DNA of 64,000 bases, from the IMG/VR virus record IMGVR_UViG_3300033463_000011, positions 1-64,000 of that record. One strand, given 5' to 3'. How positions within the stretch are numbered: the first letter of the stretch is position 1; every line of letters begins with the position of its first letter. Below are positions 1 through 9,383 of this stretch, in pieces. This DNA comes from a virus. Lineage: Duplodnaviria; Caudoviricetes. The notes beneath the pieces were generated by a model. The model was not told the DNA's origin, searched no databases, and was given only the letters and a program-made list of their open reading frames with translations. Both the position numbers and the translations under genes were made by a program.

Positions 1-1
1 G

Positions 2-103
2 CATGGGAGATTGATAGATGCAGAAGATGTCGATAATCACATCATAGGAAGTGTTGATTTAAGAGATTGTCCGACAATCATTGAGGCAGACAAAGGAGAA
101 TAA
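2..103 (+). CDS. 3' end of MKIVIDI-family small protein (partial)
   Basis: HGRLIDA...PTIIEADKGE* matches C-termini of ORFs at 8895, 9626, 12477. Confidence 0.7.
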   Translation, partial: HGRLIDAEDVDNHIIGSVDLRDCPTIIEADKGE

Positions 104-106
104 AGA

Positions 107-247
107 ATGAGTACTTATGGTGAAAGTCCTTATAATGAAGAAAAGAATAATTTGCATGATGAAATTATGTATTTCTTAGAAAGTCATCCTATATCGGAAT
201 TAGTTTCAATAGTAGCATACGCTATTGAATGCAAGGAGAATAACTAG
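107..247 (+). CDS. Hypothetical 46 aa, paralog of 6759..6890
   Basis: Own translation MSTYGESPYNEEKNNLHDEIMYFLESHPISELVSIVAYAIECKENN; starts in linker A. Confidence 0.7.
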   Translation: MSTYGESPYNEEKNNLHDEIMYFLESHPISELVSIVAYAIECKENN

Positions 248-248
248 T

Positions 249-431
249 ATGGCGTATATTAACAGAAAAACTGGGTACTGGAAATATAGTACTTTGCAGT
301 ATAGCGGATATTCTTGTTCCATTTGCCACGAAAAATATGATGAAAAAGAATATGCAAGAGTTTGGAGATGGAGATTCTGCCCTCAATGTGGCAGCCGAAT
401 GGTTGAAATTAAAGGAGATCCTGAAGAATGA
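249..431 (+). CDS. Zn-ribbon protein
   Basis: CSIC...FCPQCG; SD AAGGAG. Confidence 0.75.
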   Translation: MAYINRKTGYWKYSTLQYSGYSCSICHEKYDEKEYARVWRWRFCPQCGSRMVEIKGDPEE

Positions 432-628
432 ATTGTGTGGATATGAATTGTAAACATTGTTTGGCAAAAGATATGCCTGTCAGTATTCATATAACAAAAG
501 ATGTTGTATGTAAAAGTATTATGGATATTTATTGCGAGTTGGGGCATACTTGTCACGTTCCATTTTCTGATAAAGGTGATCGTGTTTACTGCAATGATTA
601 TGAAAAGAGGCAGAGAGATTATATATGA
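428..628 (+). CDS. Cys-rich hypothetical
   Basis: ATGA overlap, SD. Confidence 0.6.
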   Translation: MNCVDMNCKHCLAKDMPVSIHITKDVVCKSIMDIYCELGHTCHVPFSDKGDRVYCNDYEKRQRDYI

Positions 629-843
629 CAAAGCAAGCATTACCGAAAATGAGTTTAGATTCAATACTAATCTATATAGCGTTTGCTTTATTAATCATAC
701 TAGCTGCAATGCTTATGGTTGAAAAATTCAAAGAAACACTATCTTCTAAGGTAGGGGATACATTATATTCTAGGCCTACTTGGTATGAAGAAACAACAAC
801 TACAAATACTATAGAAGAATCGTTAATAAGTTTAAATAATTAG
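625..843 (+). CDS. Small membrane protein
   Basis: One hydrophobic helix. Confidence 0.6.
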   Translation: MTKQALPKMSLDSILIYIAFALLIILAAMLMVEKFKETLSSKVGDTLYSRPTWYEETTTTNTIEESLISLNN

Positions 844-858
844 TAGAGGGAAAAGAAT

Positions 859-1167
859 ATGAAATGTATAAATGCAGAAGAACTTGAAAAGACATTAAAG
901 AAGAGGCTTCATATCCCAGATACTTCACCGGAGCAAACAATATTTAATCGTGGAGTACAGACATGTTTGATGGAATTAAGCAAAGCTGAGAAAATTGAAG
1001 TTGCCGAGGGTGAATGGGTTCCGAGACTGCATGCAAGTGAGAATGATATCTTTATTTGTTCTAACTGTAAAAGAGAGTGCGGTTATGATCCAAAGTATTG
1101 CCCTAACTGTGGGGCAAAGATGTCTAATCCCTTTATTGTGGTTACAAACATCTTGGAAGATTTATGA
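859..1167 (+). CDS. Zn-ribbon protein (GEW...CPNCGA)
   Basis: CSNC...YCPNCGAKM. Confidence 0.8.
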   Translation: MKCINAEELEKTLKKRLHIPDTSPEQTIFNRGVQTCLMELSKAEKIEVAEGEWVPRLHASENDIFICSNCKRECGYDPKYCPNCGAKMSNPFIVVTNILEDL

Positions 1168-1391
1168 TGGGCAGTATAAATAACATAGCATATCTTAACG
1201 GAACCCCGATTTACATAGCTACACAATGTATTCAGCGGCGTAGACATAGGAAATGGCGTACTAATAAAAAGTGGGCAAAGCGGTACGGTTACATAGAACT
1301 TAATATGATGCCGGTACATTCAATTATGTATATTGATGGTGTGATCTGGATGACTAAAAGAGATTTTGAGGAATTGAGGTTAGATAAATGA
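1164..1391 (+). CDS. Basic hypothetical
   Basis: RRRHRKWRTNKKWAKRYG; coupled start/stop. Confidence 0.7.
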   Translation: MMGSINNIAYLNGTPIYIATQCIQRRRHRKWRTNKKWAKRYGYIELNMMPVHSIMYIDGVIWMTKRDFEELRLDK

Positions 1392-1630
1392 AAACTGACA
1401 TTGAATATGTGAAGGATATTTTTCAAAAATTTAATATTGAGGGTTGGAATTTTTTACAGGCTAATCCAAATGATACTTACACATTTCAATGTACTTTTTG
1501 CAGATGCGCATTTGCATTACCGGATATAGATAGTATTGCGAATTATCACTATTGTCCGAGTTGTGCAAAGTTTATGATTAGTCATACTAAAAATAATTAT
1601 CCTTGGAGCCGAGATAATAAAGGAGAATAA
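1388..1630 (+). CDS. Zn-ribbon protein
   Basis: CTFC...YCPSC. Confidence 0.7.
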   Translation: MKTDIEYVKDIFQKFNIEGWNFLQANPNDTYTFQCTFCRCAFALPDIDSIANYHYCPSCAKFMISHTKNNYPWSRDNKGE

Positions 1631-1633
1631 AGA

Positions 1634-1879
1634 ATGAGTAAGATATGTTTAAGAGATATTGCAGAGGGGCAGACAGGTTGGTTTTGTGACGATTGCGGTA
1701 AACGTATTTTAGGGGTTTCAGAAAATTTATTTAGCCGACCTCTTATTGATAAATGTCCACATTGCGGAGTAGTTTTTACTGATTATGAATTATGCAAAAC
1801 TCGCATTGATATGCACAATAGGCTTATAAGCGAATTTCCTGAATTAGCAATAGGGTTTAATAAGGAGAATAAAGAATGA
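1634..1879 (+). CDS. Zn-ribbon protein, paralog of 9384..9614
   Basis: Shared GVSENLFSRPLIDKCPHC. Confidence 0.8.
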   Translation: MSKICLRDIAEGQTGWFCDDCGKRILGVSENLFSRPLIDKCPHCGVVFTDYELCKTRIDMHNRLISEFPELAIGFNKENKE

Positions 1880-2025
1880 CAAATGAAGTCGCTTTTTACG
1901 GTGGTCATATTATCTGTATGCAAGGCTCAATCAAGGCTGAAAATTTAGATTTTATACTAGATTTGATTGATGAATATATCGAATTAGCTGAGATGCAAGA
2001 TATGAGAGGTGAGAATAAGAAATGA
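1876..2025 (+). CDS. Hypothetical 49 aa, paralog of 33767..33898
   Basis: MTNEVAFYGGHIICMQGSIKAENLDFILDLIDEYIELAEMQDMRGENKK. Confidence 0.75.
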   Translation: MTNEVAFYGGHIICMQGSIKAENLDFILDLIDEYIELAEMQDMRGENKK

Positions 2026-2300
2026 GAATAGTAAATCAAACACATTTTTATGACATCATAATAAATGGAAATACAGTAAAACCTTCTCAAGAATACACTA
2101 CTGGTGAAATGATGTTTAATTCTCAAGCAATATTTTCTGATATAGGCTCAGTAGAAATTATTACTGAATATGGTAAAAGGACATTCAGGAATTATGGGAA
2201 TCTTAAAGCCTATGAGGATAAAGTTCTTAAAGATGCAAATGGTATGCCACAGATTATGGTAGTGCATACTATCCCACAGAATCTGTACAAAGGAGAATAA
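2022..2300 (+). CDS. Hypothetical
   Basis: ORF between linkers. Confidence 0.7.
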   Translation: MRIVNQTHFYDIIINGNTVKPSQEYTTGEMMFNSQAIFSDIGSVEIITEYGKRTFRNYGNLKAYEDKVLKDANGMPQIMVVHTIPQNLYKGE

Positions 2301-2303
2301 AGA

Positions 2304-2681
2304 ATGGGTAGCGAGTTAATCAACCGTGAGGTTTTGAATGAAATATGGAACTTATATAAAAAGTATCAGCCATATTTGGCTACGAATGTATACGAGTTTG
2401 GAGTTGCTTTGAAAGACCTTATCGACAATGCTCCGGCCATAGAATACACATTCGAAGAGGCATTTCAGAAAACCGTTTGTGAAAAACAGTTATATTGCCC
2501 CGAAAGACCGCAAGGCGAATGGATAACAAATAAGGAATACATAGATAAGGAATTCAATGGGCATTACGAGGGCAGTTGTTTTAACAGTCCGTATAATTGC
2601 AGTTGTTGCGGATATTCCCCTGAGGATAACAGACCTAAGTTTTGTCCGAATTGTGGTGCAGATATGCGGAAAGGCGGTTGA
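2304..2681 (+). CDS. ERPQGEW Zn-ribbon protein
   Basis: RPQGEW...CSCCG...FCPNCGADMR. Confidence 0.8.
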   Translation: MGSELINREVLNEIWNLYKKYQPYLATNVYEFGVALKDLIDNAPAIEYTFEEAFQKTVCEKQLYCPERPQGEWITNKEYIDKEFNGHYEGSCFNSPYNCSCCGYSPEDNRPKFCPNCGADMRKGG

Positions 2682-2739
2682 AAATAATGTGTGAAGAATG
2701 GATAGTAATATCAAATAGAAAATGGAAGGAGAATAAAGA

Positions 2740-3012
2740 ATGACTAATGAAGACGCAATACATATTTTATTAAATAGTAATGAGTATCATCATGCGAAAG
2801 GTGATTTGCCACATTCTGCTGCAAGTATTGAGGCATTTAATAAAGCAGTAGAGGCATTGAAAGCAGAAAGACCGCAAGGCGAGTGGATAGAATATGATAC
2901 GGCTTGTCATCATTATAAATGCAATCAATGTAATGCTGATTATAATAGATTCATGGTAAAGCCCAACTTCTGCCCTAATTGTGGGGCTGAGATGCGAGGT
3001 GATACAGAATGA
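2740..3012 (+). CDS. ERPQGEW Zn-ribbon protein
   Basis: RPQGEW...CNQC...FCPNCGAEMR. Confidence 0.8.
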   Translation: MTNEDAIHILLNSNEYHHAKGDLPHSAASIEAFNKAVEALKAERPQGEWIEYDTACHHYKCNQCNADYNRFMVKPNFCPNCGAEMRGDTE

Positions 3013-3209
3013 AGTCATTTACTACTTACCGAGTTAATCAACCTGATACTACTAGCGGACATAGTATAAGCATAACAACTACACTTTACGGATCCGAAGA
3101 AGAAATCTCATATCTTAAAAAGAACTGTGAAGAAAATATCGGTAGCGGTTTACTTCAAGACTATGCAAGTCCTTTAACTTCTGCTACGGGGGATAAAGAC
3201 GGATTATGA
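3009..3209 (+). CDS. Hypothetical
   Basis: Coupled ORF. Confidence 0.6.
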   Translation: MKSFTTYRVNQPDTTSGHSISITTTLYGSEEEISYLKKNCEENIGSGLLQDYASPLTSATGDKDGL

Positions 3210-3496
3210 GCATGTTAAAACACCGTGACGAGTTTTTAGAGTTAGATCAGCAAAGCGGTACGGTATTCGAACCTAGTAAACCTACCCAGGAATCTGATAA
3301 TTTAGATTTCACCTATACAAATAAGCCCGAAGGTGCAGAGATAATGACAGATGAAGCTTGTATCTGCTATTTAGAAAATATCAGTAAGATGTTTGAACGA
3401 GGTAAAGAGAATTGTGCTGGAGATGCATTAGAGCTTCAGCAGAAGCATATCGATGCTTTACAGTATGCTATTAAGGAGATGAGAAAGAATCGTTAA
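3206..3496 (+). CDS. Hypothetical
   Basis: Coupled ORF. Confidence 0.6.
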   Translation: MSMLKHRDEFLELDQQSGTVFEPSKPTQESDNLDFTYTNKPEGAEIMTDEACICYLENISKMFERGKENCAGDALELQQKHIDALQYAIKEMRKNR

Positions 3497-3517
3497 GATA
3501 TAGAAGGAGGATGAAAA

Positions 3518-3691
3518 ATGTTAAAACCCGATAATAACGTTCCTAATCAGTGGATTTTTGAAAGGATAAATATACCTACCACATATATAAAATGTCCAGT
3601 TTGTGGTTTTTCCTTAAATTTGGATAAATTAGGACAAGGAATCCCATATTTCTGCGGTGGTTGTGGAAAAGACATGAGAGGTGAGAAATAA
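3518..3691 (+). CDS. Zn-ribbon protein 57 aa
   Basis: Own translation: CPVCG...FCGGCGKDMRGEK; SD AAGGAGG. Confidence 0.75.
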   Translation: MLKPDNNVPNQWIFERINIPTTYIKCPVCGFSLNLDKLGQGIPYFCGGCGKDMRGEK

Positions 3692-4002
3692 TGATTGAAA
3701 ATGATATGTATATCCGAGCAATACCTGTTTATGACGGCGATACTGTAATTGCTATTCGTAACGAGTGTGTAATTACCAAAGAGGAGTTTATCGAGTGTTA
3801 TAATACCTGGATAAAGGAGAATCCAGATACCAAAATCGGGAAATGGCAGTTTGAACGAAATGATCCACAAAGGGGAGGTAACATACATAGCTGCAGTCTC
3901 TGTGGTCAAGAAGTTCATTCGTATTCTACTGATTATAAAAACAAACCTTGTGTACACAAATACTGCCCTAGATGCGGAGCAAGAATGGAGAACACTAAAT
4001 GA
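3691..4002 (+). CDS. Zn-ribbon protein
   Basis: GKW...CSLCG...YCPRCGARM. Confidence 0.8.
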   Translation: MIENDMYIRAIPVYDGDTVIAIRNECVITKEEFIECYNTWIKENPDTKIGKWQFERNDPQRGGNIHSCSLCGQEVHSYSTDYKNKPCVHKYCPRCGARMENTK

Positions 4003-4319
4003 CTTTTTCAGAGCGATTAAATATAATCAAAGACTATGAAAGATGGCTTAAATCTGTAAATGATAAGAATATGTTTACTATTTCTGATTGTCTTGAAACA
4101 TTTTTAGGCTATCTAGAAATTCAAGAGTTGCTGAATGACAGAGCTACCGGTGAGTGGATAGCGGACAAAAATAGAACATATTCTGAAAATGAAGATACTT
4201 GGGAATGTTCTGTTTGCCATGAGCCATTTACATTAATTGAAGGAACTCCAGAAGATAATCTCTACTATTATTGTCCGAAATGCGGTGCAAGGTTAATTGC
4301 AGATGGAGGGGAGAAATGA
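3999..4319 (+). CDS. Zn-ribbon protein
   Basis: GEW...CSVC...YCPKCGA. Confidence 0.8.
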   Translation: MTFSERLNIIKDYERWLKSVNDKNMFTISDCLETFLGYLEIQELLNDRATGEWIADKNRTYSENEDTWECSVCHEPFTLIEGTPEDNLYYYCPKCGARLIADGGEK

Positions 4320-4552
4320 GTTTACCTAGCAACTGGAATAAAAGCAGATGGATCTGCAAAGAACTTGGCTATCATCAATACGAACCGGCAAGCCCTTTGA
4401 AGTATGGAAGTTTCTGTAGAGGTACATATGAATGTCGAGCTTGTGGGAAGGTAAAGCCTGCTGAATTATTACAAAATGATGACATTGTGTACGGAGAGGT
4501 CGATTATAAGGCATTTATACGCAAAAATCAGAGCAGCCGTTGGAATTTCTAA
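4316..4552 (+). CDS. Cys/His hypothetical
   Basis: ATGA overlap; CRACG. Confidence 0.6.
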   Translation: MSLPSNWNKSRWICKELGYHQYEPASPLKYGSFCRGTYECRACGKVKPAELLQNDDIVYGEVDYKAFIRKNQSSRWNF

Positions 4553-4562
4553 AATATATTAT

Positions 4563-4586
4563 AATATCTACATATATGTAGATATT
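4563..4586. promoter_or_regulatory. Perfect 24-bp palindrome, possible operator or hairpin
   Basis: AATATCTACATA-TATGTAGATATT just upstream of an RBS. Confidence 0.5.
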
Positions 4587-4607
4587 TTTATATCAGAAAG
4601 GAAACCA

Positions 4608-5354
4608 ATGAAGCAATTTAATAAAAAAGAATGGATGACTGAAGAACAGTTCATCAAAACAATAAATACACTATTAGCATTTGCAGCAATATTTATGATG
4701 TATGGAGTTATCTATTATGCAGCAAAAGATCATACAAAACCTGAAGAACCCGTAGAGGAAGTCGAGGAAATTACTTTAATAGACATAATAGAAGAGAACT
4801 CATATACACAAGAAGAAGTAGAACCAGATAATTTTAGAAATAAAGCGTTAATCGAGGAGGCTGAATTACGGAATCTCTGGCTGAATGTACCGATTCATTA
4901 CACTACCTTGGAGCTTCGATATTTAGGTCAGTATTTTATTACTTCTTACTGCCCGGAAGAATGCGGAGGCTCCTGGACTACAAGCAGCGGTACAACTTGT
5001 CATTATTCAGATGATTGGTCAACACCTACGACTTGTGCTATAGACAGAAGATTTCATAGGTATAATGAGTTACTTCAAGTGGGAGATCCTGATGATCCTA
5101 ATAAGAAAATTTATAAAACAGAAGATACCGGTCCGGGCGTACAAGGTCGCTGGGTAGACTGCTTCGTAGAAACGATGAGCGAGGTGAGGTCGTGGAACAC
5201 CGGCTATAGGTCAGTATACTCCGTAAGTTATGAAGAGCATGTATTAGAAGGAAGGAGAATTATATACCATGAATATTTTAACTGTGATTTACTGTTCAGC
5301 AGCTTTCGCTCTGGGGATCTTCTGTGGAATGATTTTAGAATTAGTTGTTGGTAA
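4608..5354 (+). CDS. Membrane-anchored 3D-domain (peptidoglycan-active) protein
   Basis: N-terminal TM; ITSYC...AID...EDTG...VDCF three-Asp pattern; SD AGAAAGGA. Confidence 0.65.
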   Translation: MKQFNKKEWMTEEQFIKTINTLLAFAAIFMMYGVIYYAAKDHTKPEEPVEEVEEITLIDIIEENSYTQEEVEPDNFRNKALIEEAELRNLWLNVPIHYTTLELRYLGQYFITSYCPEECGGSWTTSSGTTCHYSDDWSTPTTCAIDRRFHRYNELLQVGDPDDPNKKIYKTEDTGPGVQGRWVDCFVETMSEVRSWNTGYRSVYSVSYEEHVLEGRRIIYHEYFNCDLLFSSFRSGDLLWNDFRISCW

Positions 5355-5514
5355 TGTCTATGTAAATAATCTTGAAAAAGACAATGCAAGACTTCGAGAA
5401 GAAAATGAGACCTTAAAGGCTGCGCGTTCTGTATACAGACCGAGGATTGGAGCGATTGAAGTAATTCAAGATCCGAATCGTGGTCAGCCAGAAGATTACA
5501 TCGGCTATTTTTAA
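5269..5514 (+). CDS. Small TM plus coiled-coil protein
   Basis: Hydrophobic N-terminus, heptads; SD AAGGAG. Confidence 0.6.
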   Translation: MNILTVIYCSAAFALGIFCGMILELVVGNVYVNNLEKDNARLREENETLKAARSVYRPRIGAIEVIQDPNRGQPEDYIGYF

Positions 5515-5917
5515 TACATGAAGTAGTACGAGGCGAAGAATGAAATACGATTGCTCGATCTGCTTTAACAGAAAATATTATCCACTTAAAGCAATAGAAG
5601 ATGTATGCAACTTTTGTAAAGAGCATAATGGGAGATTTTATAAACCTGATTTAACAGATATTAAGGGATATGTGATTGATGTTGTAAAGGAGAAAGGTGA
5701 TGAATAATGAGCAAGCAAAAGAATGTTTAATCAAGCATAGCAAAAATGGTGATTTCAAATCTGATGTTGAATTAGATACGGCTATCGACCTTGCTATCGA
5801 TGCTTTGAAATATATCACAAACGATACTCCCGAGGTCAGTTATAACGAGAGATGGTTAGCCTATCAGCAAAGAAAACCTGATAATGACGGTGCTGAATGG
5901 AGGTGTAATGGTGCATT

Positions 5918-6214
5918 ATGACAAGTGAAGATATAAATAATCTGATTGAGATTTTAGCGAGATATTCCACAATACCAAATGACGGGGAGAGTTTTGATGA
6001 TATTGTTAAAGCCTATGATGAAATTATTAGAATCTTAAATCAATATGCTGAAATAAAGTTATGCGTAGATGAGTTTTATAAAAAGACTGCAAAAGAAAAG
6101 CCCATTGAAACTCCTATTGAATTAAGTTTGCACTTAAAGACAATGGAAGCACACGAAAGGTGTTTGGCTAATCAGTTACTTGGCATATTTAAGGAGAACA
6201 CAGATGACAAGTGA
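5918..6214 (+). CDS. Hypothetical
   Basis: SD GGAGGTG; starts MTSEDI. Confidence 0.65.
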   Translation: MTSEDINNLIEILARYSTIPNDGESFDDIVKAYDEIIRILNQYAEIKLCVDEFYKKTAKEKPIETPIELSLHLKTMEAHERCLANQLLGIFKENTDDK

Positions 6215-6410
6215 AGATATAACATTCTGCTCTAAATCAGATTGCAAGAATACAAAATGTGAGAGAAACCCATTACATCTAGTCGGTCATTGTACTGTAA
6301 ATCGTTTGGATAAATTTCACAGAGAAGAAGCAGATAATTGTAAGAAGTATAAATACAAGTTCTGCGTGTGTACCAATTATTATACTAGCGAAGGTGAATC
6401 CAATGAATGA
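6204..6410 (+). CDS. Cys-rich hypothetical
   Basis: SD AAGGAG; also starts MTSEDI. Confidence 0.65.
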   Translation: MTSEDITFCSKSDCKNTKCERNPLHLVGHCTVNRLDKFHREEADNCKKYKYKFCVCTNYYTSEGESNE

Positions 6411-6762
6411 TCTAATAAGTAAATCTGCATTACTGCAGAAGATAGATGAGGAAAGAGAATATCTTAAAGCAAGAGGTCTATTTGGAGCAGAACATATACT
6501 TGTTCATAATTTTCGGGAATTAGTTGAAAATGCACCAACAGTACACCATCCAAATTGCGATAGTTGCGAGGATAAAGCAAAACAATATTCATTAGGTTTT
6601 CAAGATGGATATTTGACAGGAAAGGAAAAACCGCAAGGCGAATGGATAAAAATAGGAAAATATACTTGTGAATGTTCAAGATGCGGCGAAAGTGTGTGCG
6701 GTAATTTATTGAATTTTTGTCCTAATTGCGGTGCAAGAATAATAAAAGGCGGTGCGGAATGA
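6403..6762 (+). CDS. KPQGEW Zn-ribbon protein
   Basis: MNDLISK...PQGEW...FCPNCGA. Confidence 0.8.
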   Translation: MNDLISKSALLQKIDEEREYLKARGLFGAEHILVHNFRELVENAPTVHHPNCDSCEDKAKQYSLGFQDGYLTGKEKPQGEWIKIGKYTCECSRCGESVCGNLLNFCPNCGARIIKGGAE

Positions 6763-6890
6763 GTTATTTTGGTAATGACGAAAAAGATTATTTAGTCGAG
6801 GAAATTAGATATTTTCTAAAAAATCACAAGGTTAGCACACTTCTCGAAGTTGTATCTTATGCCATATATTGTGAAGAAGATGAAGATTGA
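6759..6890 (+). CDS. Hypothetical 43 aa, paralog of 107..247
   Basis: MSYFGNDEKDYLVEEIRYFLKNHKVSTLLEVVSYAIYCEEDED. Confidence 0.7.
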   Translation: MSYFGNDEKDYLVEEIRYFLKNHKVSTLLEVVSYAIYCEEDED

Positions 6891-6903
6891 GAGGTAAAGA
6901 AGA

Positions 6904-7086
6904 ATGACAAATAAAGAAGCTATTATGTGGCTCCGGCAGATAGATGACAAATACATTCATGGTGGTGATGAAGAATTTGATCGCAAGCGCAAAGAAGCTA
7001 TAGCTTATGCTATTGCAGTTCTCGAAAACAGTGCATCTCTTGTAGAGGATTTTGAGAAGTTATTCCATATTATGAAGGGAGAATAA
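6904..7086 (+). CDS. Hypothetical
   Basis: MTNKEAI start; SD GAGGT. Confidence 0.7.
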   Translation: MTNKEAIMWLRQIDDKYIHGGDEEFDRKRKEAIAYAIAVLENSASLVEDFEKLFHIMKGE

Positions 7087-7087
7087 A

Positions 7088-7504
7088 ATGAGTGGTGGGA
7101 GTTTAGATTATTTTTATAGCCAATTAAACGATCATATTGGAGATTTCAAAGATATAGAACTTGATTCTCTTGTAGAGGATCTTGCGAAGTTATTCCATGA
7201 CAGAGAGTGGTATTTATCCGGGGATTATAGTGTAGGGGATTGGATGGAAGCCAGAGATAACTTCAAGAAGAAATGGTTCAGCGATTCCGGTAGAAAAGAA
7301 CGAATCGAGCAGTATCTTGATGATGTCAAAACTGAATTGCTGCAATCGTTAGGATTAGAAGAAAAGTATTGTAAAAATTGCGAGAACTGGACATTTGATG
7401 ATACAAAAAATCCAGGTAGTGCTTACGGCAGATGTAGTCTTATATCTACTTGCCTTATGCATAGATGTGAAAGCTGCGAGAATTGGAAAAGGAGAGAAGA
7501 TTAA
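7088..7504 (+). CDS. Hypothetical with C-terminal Cys cluster
   Basis: MSGGSLDY...; CKNCENW. Confidence 0.75.
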   Translation: MSGGSLDYFYSQLNDHIGDFKDIELDSLVEDLAKLFHDREWYLSGDYSVGDWMEARDNFKKKWFSDSGRKERIEQYLDDVKTELLQSLGLEEKYCKNCENWTFDDTKNPGSAYGRCSLISTCLMHRCESCENWKRRED

Positions 7505-8013
7505 ATGTATCACGATTCGGTAATGCAGTTCAAACCTAGATACCGCAAAATTGGTACATACTTCGGTATTCATAATGCTGAAAAGATTGCAGATGAGTAC
7601 AGAGATGATTGGAGAGATGTAGTCATTACTTTTTCTTATACCAATCATGGCAAATTCAATTTTTACTCAGTATGGGTAAAAGATTATACCTTGGAGGAAG
7701 TGTTAAGTGACTGCATCTGAAATGCGAGAACAGTTTATACTACAGAATCCTCTGTATCTTATGTATGATGAAATGGGAGTACATAGGTGGACTTTATCTG
7801 ATGAAGTACATCAGATTCGGATTGAAGAAGAATTGAAAGAGTGTGAATCGTTAATAACTACATCACAAATTTTAAAGGATACTCATTATGACAAATGATT
7901 TAGTATCACAAGTTGTTATCGGTATAGCTATTGCAGTAATCATGCTGATTGTTGCAATCATTGTAACTAACCTTCTTGAGAAGGAAGACAAATAAATTTA
8001 GGAGGATACTAAT

Positions 8014-8205
8014 ATGAACAATGACATTATTTTTAGAATATCAGAGGTAGATGATCATAGCAGCATCTTTCATTCTGATGATGACCGTATTGAGGATAGG
8101 GACAACGATATCGTGGTTTCTACTAGTAAGGTTGACAACATGAAAGCTGCCATTACTGCAGTCCTTGAAGATGAAGGATATAGCGTAAGCTTCGAGGTAG
8201 ATTGA
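8014..8205 (+). CDS. Hypothetical
   Basis: SD AGGAGG; ends in linker B. Confidence 0.7.
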   Translation: MNNDIIFRISEVDDHSSIFHSDDDRIEDRDNDIVVSTSKVDNMKAAITAVLEDEGYSVSFEVD

Positions 8206-8206
8206 T

Positions 8207-8485
8207 ATGGGTAGAGGACAATATACTGATGAACTTAAAGAAAAGTACAACATTACATGTAAGCAATTACGATTGCTCCCATATTTTCAATATTTATTAA
8301 TGAATAATGGAAGCATTGATCCCCAAAAAATTGATTCTGACGAAAGAGAAATACTGCAAACTTGGCGAGATGAGGGGAAAATAACATTTTCAATGTCTGA
8401 ACCATGTACTTGTACCAGAGATTTCTGGGATTGGATGAATGAGATTCTTTGGGAAACTTATGTACCACACTATGAGGAAGATTGA
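8207..8485 (+). CDS. Hypothetical cassette gene
   Basis: Starts and ends in linker B. Confidence 0.8.
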   Translation: MGRGQYTDELKEKYNITCKQLRLLPYFQYLLMNNGSIDPQKIDSDEREILQTWRDEGKITFSMSEPCTCTRDFWDWMNEILWETYVPHYEED

Positions 8486-8894
8486 CATGGCAGAGCAAGG
8501 CAGAGATTTCTTCAAAGATAAAGCCTCAAAGTTATATGGCATACCTTATGAAGAGGTAACAGAAGATCAGCGATTAGCGGCAAAGAATCTTTTGATGGAT
8601 TATCTGTATTGTAGGGTAGATAGTTACCCGGCAAATGATTGTCTTATAACTGCAAAATTGCTTGAACCGACAAATTCAGAAAATTCTTTGAAGAATTTGT
8701 ATAACCGGTTTATTAGAAATTTAGAGTGAGGTAGAGTAATATGCCGAAGAATTGGTGGGAACAAGAAGTTGAATACAGAAATACACTTCAGGAAATGTTA
8801 GATAGTGGCATATTTACTAATCAGCATCAGTTAGATGCTTTGGAGTATGCAATTTTGCTAATACAGAAGGAAATAGATGGTGAGGTAGATTGAT

Positions 8895-9158
8895 ATGAAG
8901 ATAGTAATTGATATTCCAGAAAAGTATCTCAATAGTAATATCATTGATGTTACTCTAATTACAGGTGCAAATAACACTATTACTGATGTTAATGTGGAAG
9001 ATGAGTATGCAGAGTTTCAAGTTCTTCCTAAGGGGCATGGAGATTTGATTGACCGTGATGCACTAATCCAAAAACAATTTATTCCTAATGTTGGGTTTGA
9101 ACTTGTTGATTTAGATGACTTAAAAACCGCACCAACAGTAATTCCTGCGGATAAGTGA
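8895..9158 (+). CDS. MKIVIDI-family protein
   Basis: LPKGHGDLID...PTVIPADK. Confidence 0.8.
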   Translation: MKIVIDIPEKYLNSNIIDVTLITGANNTITDVNVEDEYAEFQVLPKGHGDLIDRDALIQKQFIPNVGFELVDLDDLKTAPTVIPADK

Positions 9159-9383
9159 GGTAGAGTGATATGAAAAAAGTTGAATTTCAAATAACTTTTT
9201 CAGAAGATTGGCATACCGTAAGTATTGCTACTAAAGACACTCAGTACGATTATCTTAATCGAGTTTTTGAGGGTAAATATGCAGAATATAATTACTTGCG
9301 TATAATTAGTTGGATTATTGAGATTTCAAGATTGATAAATAGTGAAGGTAATGTGGCTTTATTTATAAATGAGGTAGATTGAT

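Larger units (their letters stand above)
93..2742 (+). repeat. Linker A, AAGGAGAATAAAGAATG; exact at 93, 1620, 1862, 2290, 2726
   Basis: Identical 17-mer at gene junctions; variants near 233, 2009, 7076. Confidence 0.9.
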
